Assembly: GCA_964016885.1 (NCBI GenBank)
Contig: OZ024740.1
Coordinates: 395,126,001-395,190,000 of the forward strand
DNA length: 64,000 nt
Source: Eledone cirrhosa
Taxonomy: Eukaryota
Direction: 5' to 3'
Each line of letters begins with the position of its first letter. The stretch's first letter is position 1. The notes below the pieces were generated by a model. That model ran no database searches. It worked only from the letters and a program-made list of their open reading frames with translations, and was not told the DNA's origin. Of this stretch, positions 39,901 to 54,900 are shown piece by piece. Made by a program: the position numbers and the translations under genes.

Positions 39901-42900
39901 TATCATCCTCATCAGCATATCATAGTCATATCATCCCCATCACCATATCAGAGTCATATCATCCCCATCACCTTATCAGAGTCATATCATCCTCATCACT
40001 ATACCATAGTCCTATCATCCTCATCACCATATCATAGTCATATCATCCTCCTCACCATACCATAGTCATATCATCCTCATCACTATACCATAGTCATATC
40101 ATCCTCATCACCATACCATAGTCATATCATCCTCATCCCCATATCATAGTAATATCATCCTCAACCCCATACCATAGTCATATCATCCTCATCACTATAC
40201 CATAGACATATTATCCTCATCACTATACCATCATCATATCATCCTCATCACTATATGATAGTCATATCATCCTCATCAGCATATCATAGTCATATCATCC
40301 TCATCACCATATCATAGTCATATCATCCTCATCACCATATCAGAGTCATATCATCCTCATCACCATACCATAGTCATATCATCCTCATCACTATACCATA
40401 GTCATATCATCCTCATCCCCATATCAGAGTCATATCATCCTCATCACCATATCAGAGTCATATCATCCTCATCACCATATCATAGTCATATCATCCTCAT
40501 CACCATATCAGAGTCATATCATCCTCATCACCATATCATAGTCATATCATCCTCATCACCATATCAGAGTCATATCATCCTCATCACCATATCAGAGTCA
40601 TATCATCCCCATCACGATACCATAGTCATATCATCCTCATCACCATATCATAGTCATATCATCCTCATCACCATATCAGAGTCATATCATCCTCATCACC
40701 ATATCATAGTCATATCATCCTCAACCCCATATCAGAGTCATATCATCCTCATCACCATACCATAGTCATATCAGCCTCATAACTATACCATAGTCATATC
40801 ATCCTCATCACCATACCATAGTCATATCATCCTCATCACTATACCATAGTCCTATCATCCTTATCACCATACCATAGTCATATCATCCTCATCACTATAC
40901 CATAGTCCTATCATCCTCATCCCCATATCAGTCATATCATCCTCATCACTATACCATAGTCATATCATCCTCATCACTATACCATAGTCCTATCATCATC
41001 ATCCCCATATCAGAGTCATATCATCCTCATCCCCATATCATAGTCCTATCATCCTCATCCCCATATCATAGTCATATCATCCTCATCACTATACCATAGT
41101 CATATCATCCTCTTCACCATATCATAGTCATATCATCCTCAACCCCATACCATAGTCATATCATCCTCATCACCATACCATAGTCATATCATCCTCATCC
41201 CCATATCATAGTCATATCATCCTCAACCCCATATCAGAGTCATATCATCCTCATCACTATACCATAGTCATATCATCCTCATCACCATACCATAGTCATA
41301 TCATACTCATCACCCTATCATAGTCATATCATCCTCATCAGCATATCATAGTCATATCATCCCCATCACCATATCAGAGTCATATCATCCCCATCACCTT
41401 ATCAGAGTCATATCATCCTCATCACTATACCATAGTCCTATCATCCTCATCACCATATCATAGTCATATCCTCCTCCTCACCATACCATAGTCATATCAT
41501 CCTCATCACTATACCATAGTCCTATCATCCTCATCACCATATCATAGTCATATCATCCTCATCACCATACCATAGTCCTATCATCCTCATCACCATACCA
41601 TAGTCATATCATCCTCATCACTATACCATAGTCATATCATCCTCATCACCATACCATAGTCATATCATCCTCATCCCCATACCATAGTCATATCATCCTC
41701 ATCACTATACCATAGTCATATCATCCTCATCACCATACCATAGTCATATCATCCTCCTCACCATACCATAGTCATATCATCCTCATCACTATACCATAGT
41801 CCTATCATCCTCATCACCATACCATAGTCATATCATCCTCATCACTATACCATAGTCCTATCATACTCATCACCATATCAGAGTCATATCATCCTCATCA
41901 CTATACCATAGTCATATCATCCTCATCACCATATCATAGCCATATCATAGTCATATCAGCTTGATCGCTATACCATAGTCATCATCCTCATCACCATATC
42001 ATAGTCATATCATCCTCATCACCATACCATAGTCATATCATCCTCATCACCATATCATCGTCATATCATAGTCATATCATCCTCATCACCATACCATAGT
42101 CATATCATCCTCATCCCCATATCATAGTCATATCATCATCATCACGATATCATAGTCATATCATCCTCCACCCCATATCAGAGTCATATCATCCTCATCA
42201 CTATACCATAGTCCTATCATCCTCATCACCATACCATAGTCATATCATCCTCATCACTATACCATAGTCATATCATCCTCATCACTATACCATAGTCCTA
42301 TCATCCTCATCACCATACCATAGTCATATCATCCTCATCACTATACCATAGTCATATCATCCTCATCACTATACCATAGTCCTATCTTCCTCATCACCAT
42401 ACCATAGTCATATCATCCTCATCACTATACCATAGTCATATCATCCTCATCACTATACCATAGTCCTATCATCCTCATCACCATACCATAGTCATATCAT
42501 CCTCATCACTATACCATAGTCATATCATCCTCATCACTATACCATAGTCCTATCATGCTCATCCCCATATCAGAGTCATATCATCCTCATCACTATATCA
42601 TAGTCATATCATCCCCATCACCATATCATAGTCATATCATCCTCATCACCATATCATAGTCATATCATCCCCATCACCATATCAGAGTCATATCATCCTC
42701 ATCACCATATCATAGTCATATCATCCTCAACCCCATATCAGAGTCATATCATCCTCATCCCCATATCATAGTCATATCATCCTCATCACTATACCATATT
42801 CATATCTTCCTCTTCACCATATCATAGTCATATCATCCTCATCAGCATATCATAGTCATATCATCCCCATCACCATATCAGAGTCATATCATCCTCAACC

Positions 42901-45900
42901 CCATATCATAGTCATATCATCCTCATCACCATATCATAGTCATATCATCCTCAACCCCATATCAGAGTCATATCATCCTCATCACCATACCATAGTCATA
43001 TCATCCTCATCCCCATATCATAGTCATATCATCCTCAACCCCATATCAGAGTCATATCATCCTCATCACTGTACCATAGTCATATCATCCTCATCAGCAT
43101 ATCATAGTCATATCATCCCCATCACCATATCAGAGTCATATCATCCCCATCACCTTATCAGAGTCATATCATCCTCATCACTATACCATAGTCCTATCAT
43201 CCTCATCACCATATCATAGTCATATCATCATCCTCACCATACCATAGTCATATCATCCTCATCACTATACCATAGTCATATCATCCTCATCACCATACCA
43301 TAGTCATATCATCCTCATCCCCATATCATAGTCATATCATCCTCAACCCCATACCATAGTCATATCATCCTCATCACTATACCATAGTCATATTATCCTC
43401 ATCACTATACCATAGTCATATCAGCCTCATCACTATACCATCATCATATCATCCTCATCACTATATGATAGTCATATCATCCTCATCAGCATATCATAGT
43501 CATATCATCCTCATCACCATATCATAGTCATATCATCCTCATCACCATATCAGGGTCATATCATCCTCATCACCATACCATAGTCATATCATCCTCATCA
43601 CTATACCATAGTCATATCATCCTCATCCCCATATCAGAGTCATATCATCCTCATCACCATATCAGAGTCATATCATCCTCATCACCATATCATAGTCATA
43701 TCATCCTCATCACCATATCAGAGTCATATCATCCTCATCACCATATTAGAGTCATATCATCCTCATCACCATATCAGAGTCATATCATCCCCATCACGAT
43801 ACCATAGTCATATCATCCTCATCACCATATCATAGTCATATCATCCTCATCACCATATCAGAGTCATATCATCCTCATCACCATATCATAGTCATATCAT
43901 CCTCAACCCCATATCAGAGTCATATCATCCTCATCACCATACCATAGTCATATCAGCCTCATCACTATACCATAGTCATATCATCCTCATCACCATACCA
44001 TAGTCATATCATCCTCATCACTATACCATAGTCCTATCATCCTCATCACCATACCATAGTCATATCATCCTCATCACTATACCATAGTTCTATCATCCTC
44101 ATCCCCATATCAGAGTCATATCATCCTCATCACTATACCATAGTCATATCATCCTCATCACTATACCATAGTCCTATCATCATCATCCCCATATCAGAGT
44201 CATATCATCCTCATCCCCATATCATAGTCCTATCATCCTCATCCCCATATCATAGTCATATCATCCTCATCACTATACCATAGTCATATCATCCTCTTCA
44301 CCATATCATAGTCATATCATCCTCAACCCCATACCATAGTCATATCATCCTCATCACCATACCATAGTCATATCATCCTCATCCCCATATCATAGTCATA
44401 TCATCCTCAACCCCATATCAGAGTCATATCATCCTCATCACTATACCATAGTCATATCATCCTCATCACCATACCATAGTCATATCATACTCATCACCCT
44501 ATCATAGTCATATCATCCTCATCAGCATATCATAGTCATATCATCCCCATCACCATATCAGAGTCATATCATCCTCATCACCTTATCAGAGTCATATCAT
44601 CCTCATCACTATACCATAGTCCTATCATCCTCATCACCATATCATAGTCATATCATCCTCCTCACCATACCATAGTCATATCATCCTCATCACTATACCA
44701 TAGTCCTATCATCCTCATCACCATACCATAGTCATATCATCCTCATCACTATACCATAGTCATATCATCCTCATCACCATACCATAGTCATATCATCCTC
44801 ATCCCCATACCATAGTCATATCATCCTCATCACTATACCATAGTCATATCATCCTTATCACCATACCATAGTCATATCATCCTCCTCACCATACCATAGT
44901 CATATCATCCTCATCACTATACCATAGTCCTATCATCCTCATCACCATACCATAGTCATATCATCCTCATCACTATACCATAGTCCTATCATCCTCATCA
45001 CCATATCAGAGTCATATCATCCTCATCACTATACCATAGTCATATCATCCTCATCACCATACCATAGTCATATCATCCTCATCACCATACCATAGTCATA
45101 TCATCCTCAACCCCATACCATAGTCATATCATCCTCATCACTATACCATAGTCATATCAGCCTCATCACTATACCATCATCATATCATCCTCATCACTAT
45201 ATGATAGTCATATCATCCTCATCACCATATCATAGTCATATCATCCTCAACCCCATATCATAGTCATATCATCCTCATCACCATATCATAGTCATATCAT
45301 CCTCATCACCATATCAGAGTCATATCATCCTCATCACCATACCATAGTCATATCATCCTCATCACTATACCATAGTCATATCATCCTCATCCCCATATCA
45401 GAGTCATATCATCCTCATCCCCATCTCATAGTCATATCATCCTCATCACCATATCAGAGTCATATCATCCTCATCACCATATCATAGTCATATCATCCTC
45501 ATCACCATATCATAGTCATATCATCCTCATCACCATATCAGAGTCATATCATCCTCATCACCATATCATAGTCATATCATCCTCAACCCCATATCAGAGT
45601 CATATCATCCTCATCACCATACCATAGTCATATCAGCCTCATCACTATACCATAGTCATATCATCCTCATCCCCATATCATAGTCATATCATCCTCAATC
45701 CCATATCAGAGTCATATCATCCTTATCACCATATCATAGTCATATCATCCCCATCACTATACCATAGTCATATTATCCTCATCACCATACCATAGTCATA
45801 TCAGCCTCATCACTATACCATCGTCATATCATCCTCATCACTATATCATAGTCATATCATCATCATCAGCATATCATAGTCATATCATCCTCATCACCAT

Positions 45901-48900
45901 ATCATAGTCATATCATCCTCATCACTATACCATAGTCTTATCATCCTCATCCCCATATCAGAGTCATATCATCCTCATCACCCTATCATCCCCATCCCCA
46001 TATCATAGTCATATCATCCTCATCCCCATATCATAGTCATATCATCCTCATCACCATATCATAGTTATATCATCCTCATCACTATACCATAGTCCTATCA
46101 TCCTCATCCCCATATCAGAGTCATATCATCCTCATCACCATATCATCCCCATCCCCATATCATAGTCATATCATCCTCATCCCCATATCATAGTCATATC
46201 TTCCTCATCACCATATCAGAGTCATATCATCCTCATCACCATGTCATAGTCATATCATCCTCATCAGCATATCATAGTCATATCAGCCTCATCACCATAT
46301 CATAGTCATATCATCCTCATCACCATATCATAGTCATATCATCCTCATCACTATACCATAGTCATATCATCCTCATCACCATATCATAGTCATATCATCC
46401 TCATCACTATACCATAGTCATATCATCCTCATCACCATATCATAGTCATATCATCCTCAACCCCATACCATAGTCATATCATCCTCATCACTATACCATA
46501 GTCATATTATCCTCATCACTATACCATAGTCATATCAGCCTCATCACTATACCATCATCATATCATCCTCATCACTATATGATAGTCATATCATCCTCAT
46601 CAGCATATCATAGTCATATCATCCTCATCACCATATCATAGTCATATCATCCTCATCACCATATCAGAGTCATATCATCCTCATCACCATACCATAGTCA
46701 TATCATCCTCATCACTATACCATAGTCATATCATCCTCATCCCCATATCAGATTCATATCATCCTCATCACCATATCAGAGTCATATCATCCTCATCACC
46801 ATATCATAGTCATATCATCCTCATCACCATATCAGAGTCATATCATCCTCATCACCATATCATAGTCATATCATCCTCATAACCATATCAGAGTCATATC
46901 ATCCTCATCACCATATCAGAGTCATATCATCCCCATCACGATACCATAGTCATATCATCCTCATCACCATATCATAGTCATATCATCCTCATCACCATAT
47001 CAGAGTCATATCATCCTCATCACCATATCATAGTCATATCATCCTCAACCCCATATCAGAGTCATATCATCCTCATCACCATACCATAGTCATATCAGCC
47101 TCATCACTATACCATAGTCATATCATCCTCATCACCATACCATAGTCATATCATCCTCATCACTATACCATAGTCCTATCATCCTCATCACCATACCATA
47201 GTCATATCATCCTCATCACTATACCATAGTCCTATCATCCTCATCCCCATATCAGAGTCATATCATCCTCATCACTATACCATAGTCATATCATCCTCAT
47301 CACTATACCATAGTCCTATCATCATCATCCCCATATCAGAGTCATATCATCCTCATCCCCAAATCATAGTCCTATCATCCTCATCCCCATATCATAGTCA
47401 TATCATCCTCATCACTATACCATAGTCATATCTTCCTCTTCACCATATCATAGTCATATCATCCTCAACCCCATACCATAGTCATATCATCCTCATCACC
47501 ATACCATAGTCATATCATCCTCATCCCCATATCATAGTCATATCATCCTCAACCCCATATCAGAGTCATATCATCCTCATCACTATACCATAGTCATATC
47601 ATCCTCATCACCATACCATAGTCATATCATACTCATCACCCTATCATAGTCATATCATCCTCATCAGCATATCATAGTCATATCATCCCCATCACCATAT
47701 CAGAGTCATATCATCCCCATCACCTTATCAGAGTCATATCATCCTCATCACTATACCATAGTCCTATCATCCTCATCACCATATCATAGTCATATCATCC
47801 TCCTCACCATACCATAGTCATATCATCCTCATCACTATACCATAGTCCTATCATCCTCATCACCATATCATAGTCATATCATCCTCATCACCATACCATA
47901 GTCCTATCATCCTCATCACCATACCATAGTCATATCATCCTCATCACTATACCATAGTCATATCATCCTCATCCCCATACCATAGTCATATCATCCTCAT
48001 CACTATACCATAGTCATATCATCCTCATCACCATACCATAGTCATATCATCCTCCTCACCATACCATAGTCCTATCATCCTCATCACTATACCATAGTCC
48101 GATCATCCTCATCACCATACCATAGTCATATCATCCTCATCACTATACCATAGTCCTATCATCCTCATCACCATATCAGAGTCATATCATCCTCATCACT
48201 ATACCATAGTCATATCATCCTCATCACCATACCATAGTCATATCATCCTCATCACCATACCATAGTCATATCATCCTCAACCCCATACCATAGTCATATC
48301 ATCCTCATCACTATACCATAGTCATATCATCCTCATCACCATACCATAGTCATATCATCCTCCTCACCATACCATAGTCCTATCATCCTCATCACTATAC
48401 CATAGTCCGATCATCCTCATCACCATACCATAGTCATATCATCCTCATCACCATATCATAGTCATATCATCCTCAACCCCATATCATAGTCATATCATCC
48501 TCATCACCATATCATAGTCATATCATCCTCATCACCATATCAGAGTCATATCATCCTCATCACCATACCATAGTCATATCATCCTCATCACTATACCATA
48601 GTCATATCATCCTCATCCCCATATCAGAGTCATATCATCCTCATCCCCATCTCATAGTCATATCATCCTCATCACCATATCAGAGTCATATCATCCTCAT
48701 CACCATATCATAGTCATATCATCCTCATCACCATATCATAGTCATATCATCCTCATCACCATATCAGAGTCATATCATCCTCATCACCATATCATAGTCA
48801 TATCATCCTCAACCCCATATCAGAGTCATATCATCCTCATCACCATACCATAGTCATATCAGCCTCATCACTATACCATAGTCATATCATCCTCATCCCC

Positions 48901-51900
48901 ATATCATAGTCATATCATCCTCAATCCCATATCAGAGTCATATCATCCTTATCACCATATCATAGTCATATCATCCCCATCACTATACCATAGTCATATC
49001 ATCCTCATCACCATACCATAGTCATATCAGCCTCATCACTATACCATCGTCATATCATCCTCATCACTATATCATAGTCATATCATCATCATCAGCATAT
49101 CATAGTCATATCATCCTCATCACCATATCATAGTCATATCATCCTCATCACTATACCATAGTCTTATCATCCTCATCCCCATATCAGAGTCATATCATCC
49201 TCATCACCATATCATCCCCATCCCCATATCATAGTCATATCATCCTCATCCCCATATCATAGTCATATCATCCTCATCACCATATCATAGTCATATCATC
49301 CTCATCACTATACCATAGTCCTATCATCCTCATCCCCATATCAGAGTCATATCATCCTCATCACCATATCATCCTCATCACCATATCATAGTCATATCAT
49401 CCTCATCAGCATATCATAGTCATATCAGCCTCATCACCATATCATAGTCATATCATCCTCATCACCATATCATAGTCATATCATCCTCATCACCATATCA
49501 TAGTCATATCATCCTCATCACTATACCATAGTCATATCATCCTCATCACCATATCATAGTCATATCATCCTCATCACTATACCATAGTCATATCATAGTC
49601 ATATCATCCTCATCACTATACCATAGTCATATCATCCTCTTCACCATATCATAGTCATATCATCCTCAACCCCATACCATAGTCATATCATCCTCATCAC
49701 CATACCATAGTCATATCATCCTCATCCCCATATCATAGTCATATCATCCTCAACCCCATATCAGAGTCATATCATCCTCATCACTATATCATAGTCATAT
49801 CATCCTCATCACCATACCATAGTCATATCATACTCATCACCCTATCATAGTCATATCATCCTCATCAGCATATCATAGTCATATCATCCCCATCACCATA
49901 TCAGAGTCATATCATCCCCATCACCTTATCAGAGTCATATCATCCTCATCACTATACCATAGTCCTATCATCCTCATCACCATATCATAGTCATATCATC
50001 CTCCTCACCATACCATAGTCATATCATCCTCATCACTATACCATAGTCCTATCATCCTCATCACCATATCATAGTCATATCATCCTCATCACCATACCAT
50101 AGTCCTATCATCCTCATCACCATACCATAGTCATATCATCCTCATCACTATACCATAGTCATATCATCCTCATCACCATACCATAGTCATATCATCCTCA
50201 TCCCCATACCATAGTCATATCATCCTCATCACTATACCATAGTCATATCATCCTCATCACCATACCATAGTCATATCATCCTCCTCACCATACCATAGTC
50301 ATATCATCCTCATCACTATACCATAGTCCTATCATCCTCATCACCATACCATAGTCATATCATCCTCATCACTATACCATAGTCCTATCATCCTCATCAC
50401 CATATCAGAGTCATATCATCCTCATCACTATACCATAGTCATATCATCCTCATCACCATACCATAGTCATATCATCCTCATCACCATACCATAGTCATAT
50501 CATCCTCAACCCCATACCATAGTCATATCATCCTCATCACTATACCATAGTCATATCAGCCTCATCACTATACCATCATCATATCATCCTCATCACTATA
50601 TGATAGTCATATCATCCTCATCACCATATCATAGTCATATCATCCTCAACCCCATATCATAGTCATATCATCCTCATCACCATATCATAGTCATATCATC
50701 CTCATCACCATATCAGAGTCATATCATCCTCATCACCATACCATAGTCATATCATCCTCATCACTATACCATAGTCATATCATCCTCATCCCCATATCAG
50801 AGTCATATCATCCTCATCCCCATCTCATAGTCATATCATCCTCATCACCATATCAGAGTCATATCATCCTCATCACCATATCATAGTCATATCATCCTCA
50901 TCACCATATCATAGTCATATCATCCTCATCACCATATCAGAGTCATATCATCCTCATCACCATATCATAGTCATATCATCCTCAACCCCATATCAGAGTC
51001 ATATCATCCTCATCACCATACCATAGTCATATCAGCCTCATCACTATACCATAGTCATATCATCCTCATCCCCATATCATAGTCATATCATCCTCAATCC
51101 CATATCAGAGTCATATCATCCTTATCACCATATCATAGTCATATCATCCCCATCACTATACCATAGTCATATCATCCTCATCACCATACCATAGTCATAT
51201 CAGCCTCATCACTATACCATCGTCATATCATCCTCATCACTATATCATAGTCATATCATCATCATCAGCATATCATAGTCATATCATCCTCATCACCATA
51301 TCATAGTCATATCATCCTCATCACTATACCATAGTCTTATCATCCTCATCCCCATATCAGAGTCATATCATCCTCATCACCATATCATCCCCATCCCCAT
51401 ATCATAGTCATATCATCCTCATCCCCATATCATAGTCATATCATCCTCATCACCATATCATAGTCATATCATCCTCATCACTATACCATAGTCCTATCAT
51501 CCTCATCCCCATATCAGAGTCATATCATCCTCATCACCATATCATCCCCATCCCCATATCATAGTCATATCATCCTCATCCCCATATCATAGTCATATCT
51601 TCCTCATCCCCATATCAGAGTCATATCATCCTCATCACCATATCATCCCCATCCCCATATCATAGTCATATCATCCTCATCCCCATATCATAGTCATATC
51701 TTCCTTATCCCCATATCATAGTCATATCATCCTTATCACCATATCATAGTCATATCATCCCCATCACTATACCATAGTCATATCATCCTCATCACCATAC
51801 CATAGTCATATCAGCCTCATCACTATACCATCGTCATATCATCCTCATCACTATATCATAGTCATATCATCATCATCAGCATATCATAGTCATATCATCC

Positions 51901-54900
51901 TCATCACCATATCATAGTCATATCATCCTCATCACTATACCATAGTCTTATCATCCTCATCCCCATATCAGAGTCATATCATCCTCATCACCATATCATC
52001 CCCATCCCCATATCATAGTCATATCATCCTCATCACCATGTCATAGTCATATCATCCTCATCAGCATATCATAGTCATATCAGCCTCATCACCATATCAT
52101 AGTCATATCATCCTCATCACCATATCATAGTCATATCATCCTCATCACTATACCATAGTCATATCATCCTCATCACCATATCATAGTCATATCATCCTCA
52201 ACCCCATATCAGAGTCATATCATCCTCATCACCATATCATAGTCATATCATCCTTATCACTATATCGTAGTCATATCATCCCCATCACCATATCATAATC
52301 ATATCATCGTCATCACCATATCAGAGTCATATCATCCTCATCACCATACCATAGTCATATCTTCCTCATCACCATATCAGAGTCATATCATCCTCATCAC
52401 CATATCATAGTCATATCATCCTCAACCCCATATCAGAGTCATATCATCCTCATCACCATATCATAGTCATATAATCCTCAACCCCATATCATAGTCATAT
52501 CATCCTCATCACCATATCATAGTCATATCATCCTCAACCCCATATCACAGTCATATCATCCTCATCACCATATCATAGTCATATCATCCTCAACCCCATA
52601 TCAGAGTCATATCATCCTCATCCCCATATCATAGTCATATCATCCTCTTCACCATATCATAGTCATATCATCCTCATCAGCATATCATAGTCATATCATC
52701 CCCATCACCATATCAGAGTCATATCATCCTCAACCCCATATCATAGTCATATCATCCTCATCACCATATCATAGTCATATCATCCTCAACCCCATATCAG
52801 AGTCATATCATCCTCATCACCATACCATAGTCATATCATCCTCATCCCCATATCATAGTCATATCATCCTCAACCCCATATCAGAGTCATATCATCCTCA
52901 TCACTGTACCATAGTCATATCATCCTCATCACCATATCATAGTCATATCATCCTCATCAGCATATCATAGTCATATCATCCCCATCACCATATCAGTGTC
53001 ATATCATCCCCATCACCTTATCAGAGTCATATCATCCTCATCACTATACCATAGTCCTATCATCCTCATCACCATATCATAGTCATATCATCCTCCTCAC
53101 CATACCATAGTCATATCATCCTCATCACTATACCATAGTCCTATCATCCTCATCACCATACCATAGTCATATCATCCTCATCACTATACCATAGTCATAT
53201 CATCCTCATCACCATACCATATTCATATCATCCTCATCCCCATATCATAGTCATATCATCCTCAACCCCATACCATAGTCATATTATCCTCATCACTATA
53301 CCATAGTCATATCAGCCTCATCACTATACCATCGTCATATCATCCTCATCACTATACCATAGTCATATCATCCTCATCAGCATATCATAGTCATATCATC
53401 CTCATCACCATATCATAGTCATATCATCCTCATCACCATATCAGAGTCATATCATCCTCATCACCATACCATAGTCATATCATCCTCATCACTATACCAT
53501 AGTCATATCATCCTCATCCCCATATCAGAGTCATATCATCCTCATCCCCATATCATAGTCATATCATCCTCATCACCATATCAGAGTCATATCATCCTCA
53601 TCACCATATCATAGTCATATCATCCCCATCACCATATCATAGTCATATCAAGCTCAACCCCATATCATAGTCATATCATCCTCATCACTATACCATAGTC
53701 CTATCATCCTCATCACCATACCATAGTCATATCATCCTCATCACTATACCATAGTCCTATCATCCTCATCACCATATCAGAGTCATATCATCCTCATCAC
53801 TATACCATAGTCATATCATCCTCATCACCATACCATAGTCATATCATCCTCATCACCATACCATAGTCATATCATCCTCAACCCCATACCATAGTCATAT
53901 CATCCTCATCACTATACCATAGTCATATCAGCCTCATCACTATACCATCATCATATCATCCTCATCACTATATGATAGTCATATCATCCTCATCACCATA
54001 TCATAGTCATATCATCCTCAACCCCATATCATAGTCATATCATCCTCATCACCATATCATAGTCATATCATCCTCATCACCATATCAGAGTCATATCATC
54101 CTCATCACCATACCATAGTCATATCATCCTCATCACTATACCATAGTCATATCATCCTCATCCCCATATCAGAGTCATATCATCCTCATCCCCATCTCAT
54201 AGTCATATCATCCTCATCACCATATCAGAGTCATATCATCCTCATCACCATATCATAGTCATATCATCCTCATCACCATATCATAGTCATATCATCCTCA
54301 TCACCATATCAGAGTCATATCATCCTCATCACCATATCATAGTCATATCATCCTCAACCCCATATCAGAGTCATATCATCCTCATCACCATACCATAGTC
54401 ATATCAGCCTCATCACTATACCATAGTCATATCATCCTCATCCCCATATCATAGTCATATCATCCTCAATCCCATATCAGAGTCATATCATCCTTATCAC
54501 CATATCATAGTCATATCATCCCCATCACTATACCATAGTCATATCATCCTCATCACCATACCATAGTCATATCAGCCTCATCACTATACCATCGTCATAT
54601 CATCCTCATCACTATATCATAGTCATATCATCATCATCAGCATATCATAGTCATATCATCCTCATCACCATATCATAGTCATATCATCCTCATCACTATA
54701 CCATAGTCTTATCATCCTCATCCCCATATCAGAGTCATATCATCCTCATCACCATATCATCCCCATCCCCATATCATAGTCATATCATCCTCATCCCCAT
54801 ATCATAGTCATATCATCCTCATCACCATATCATAGTCATATCATCCTCATCACTATACCATAGTCCTATCATCCTCATCCCCATATCAGAGTCATATCAT

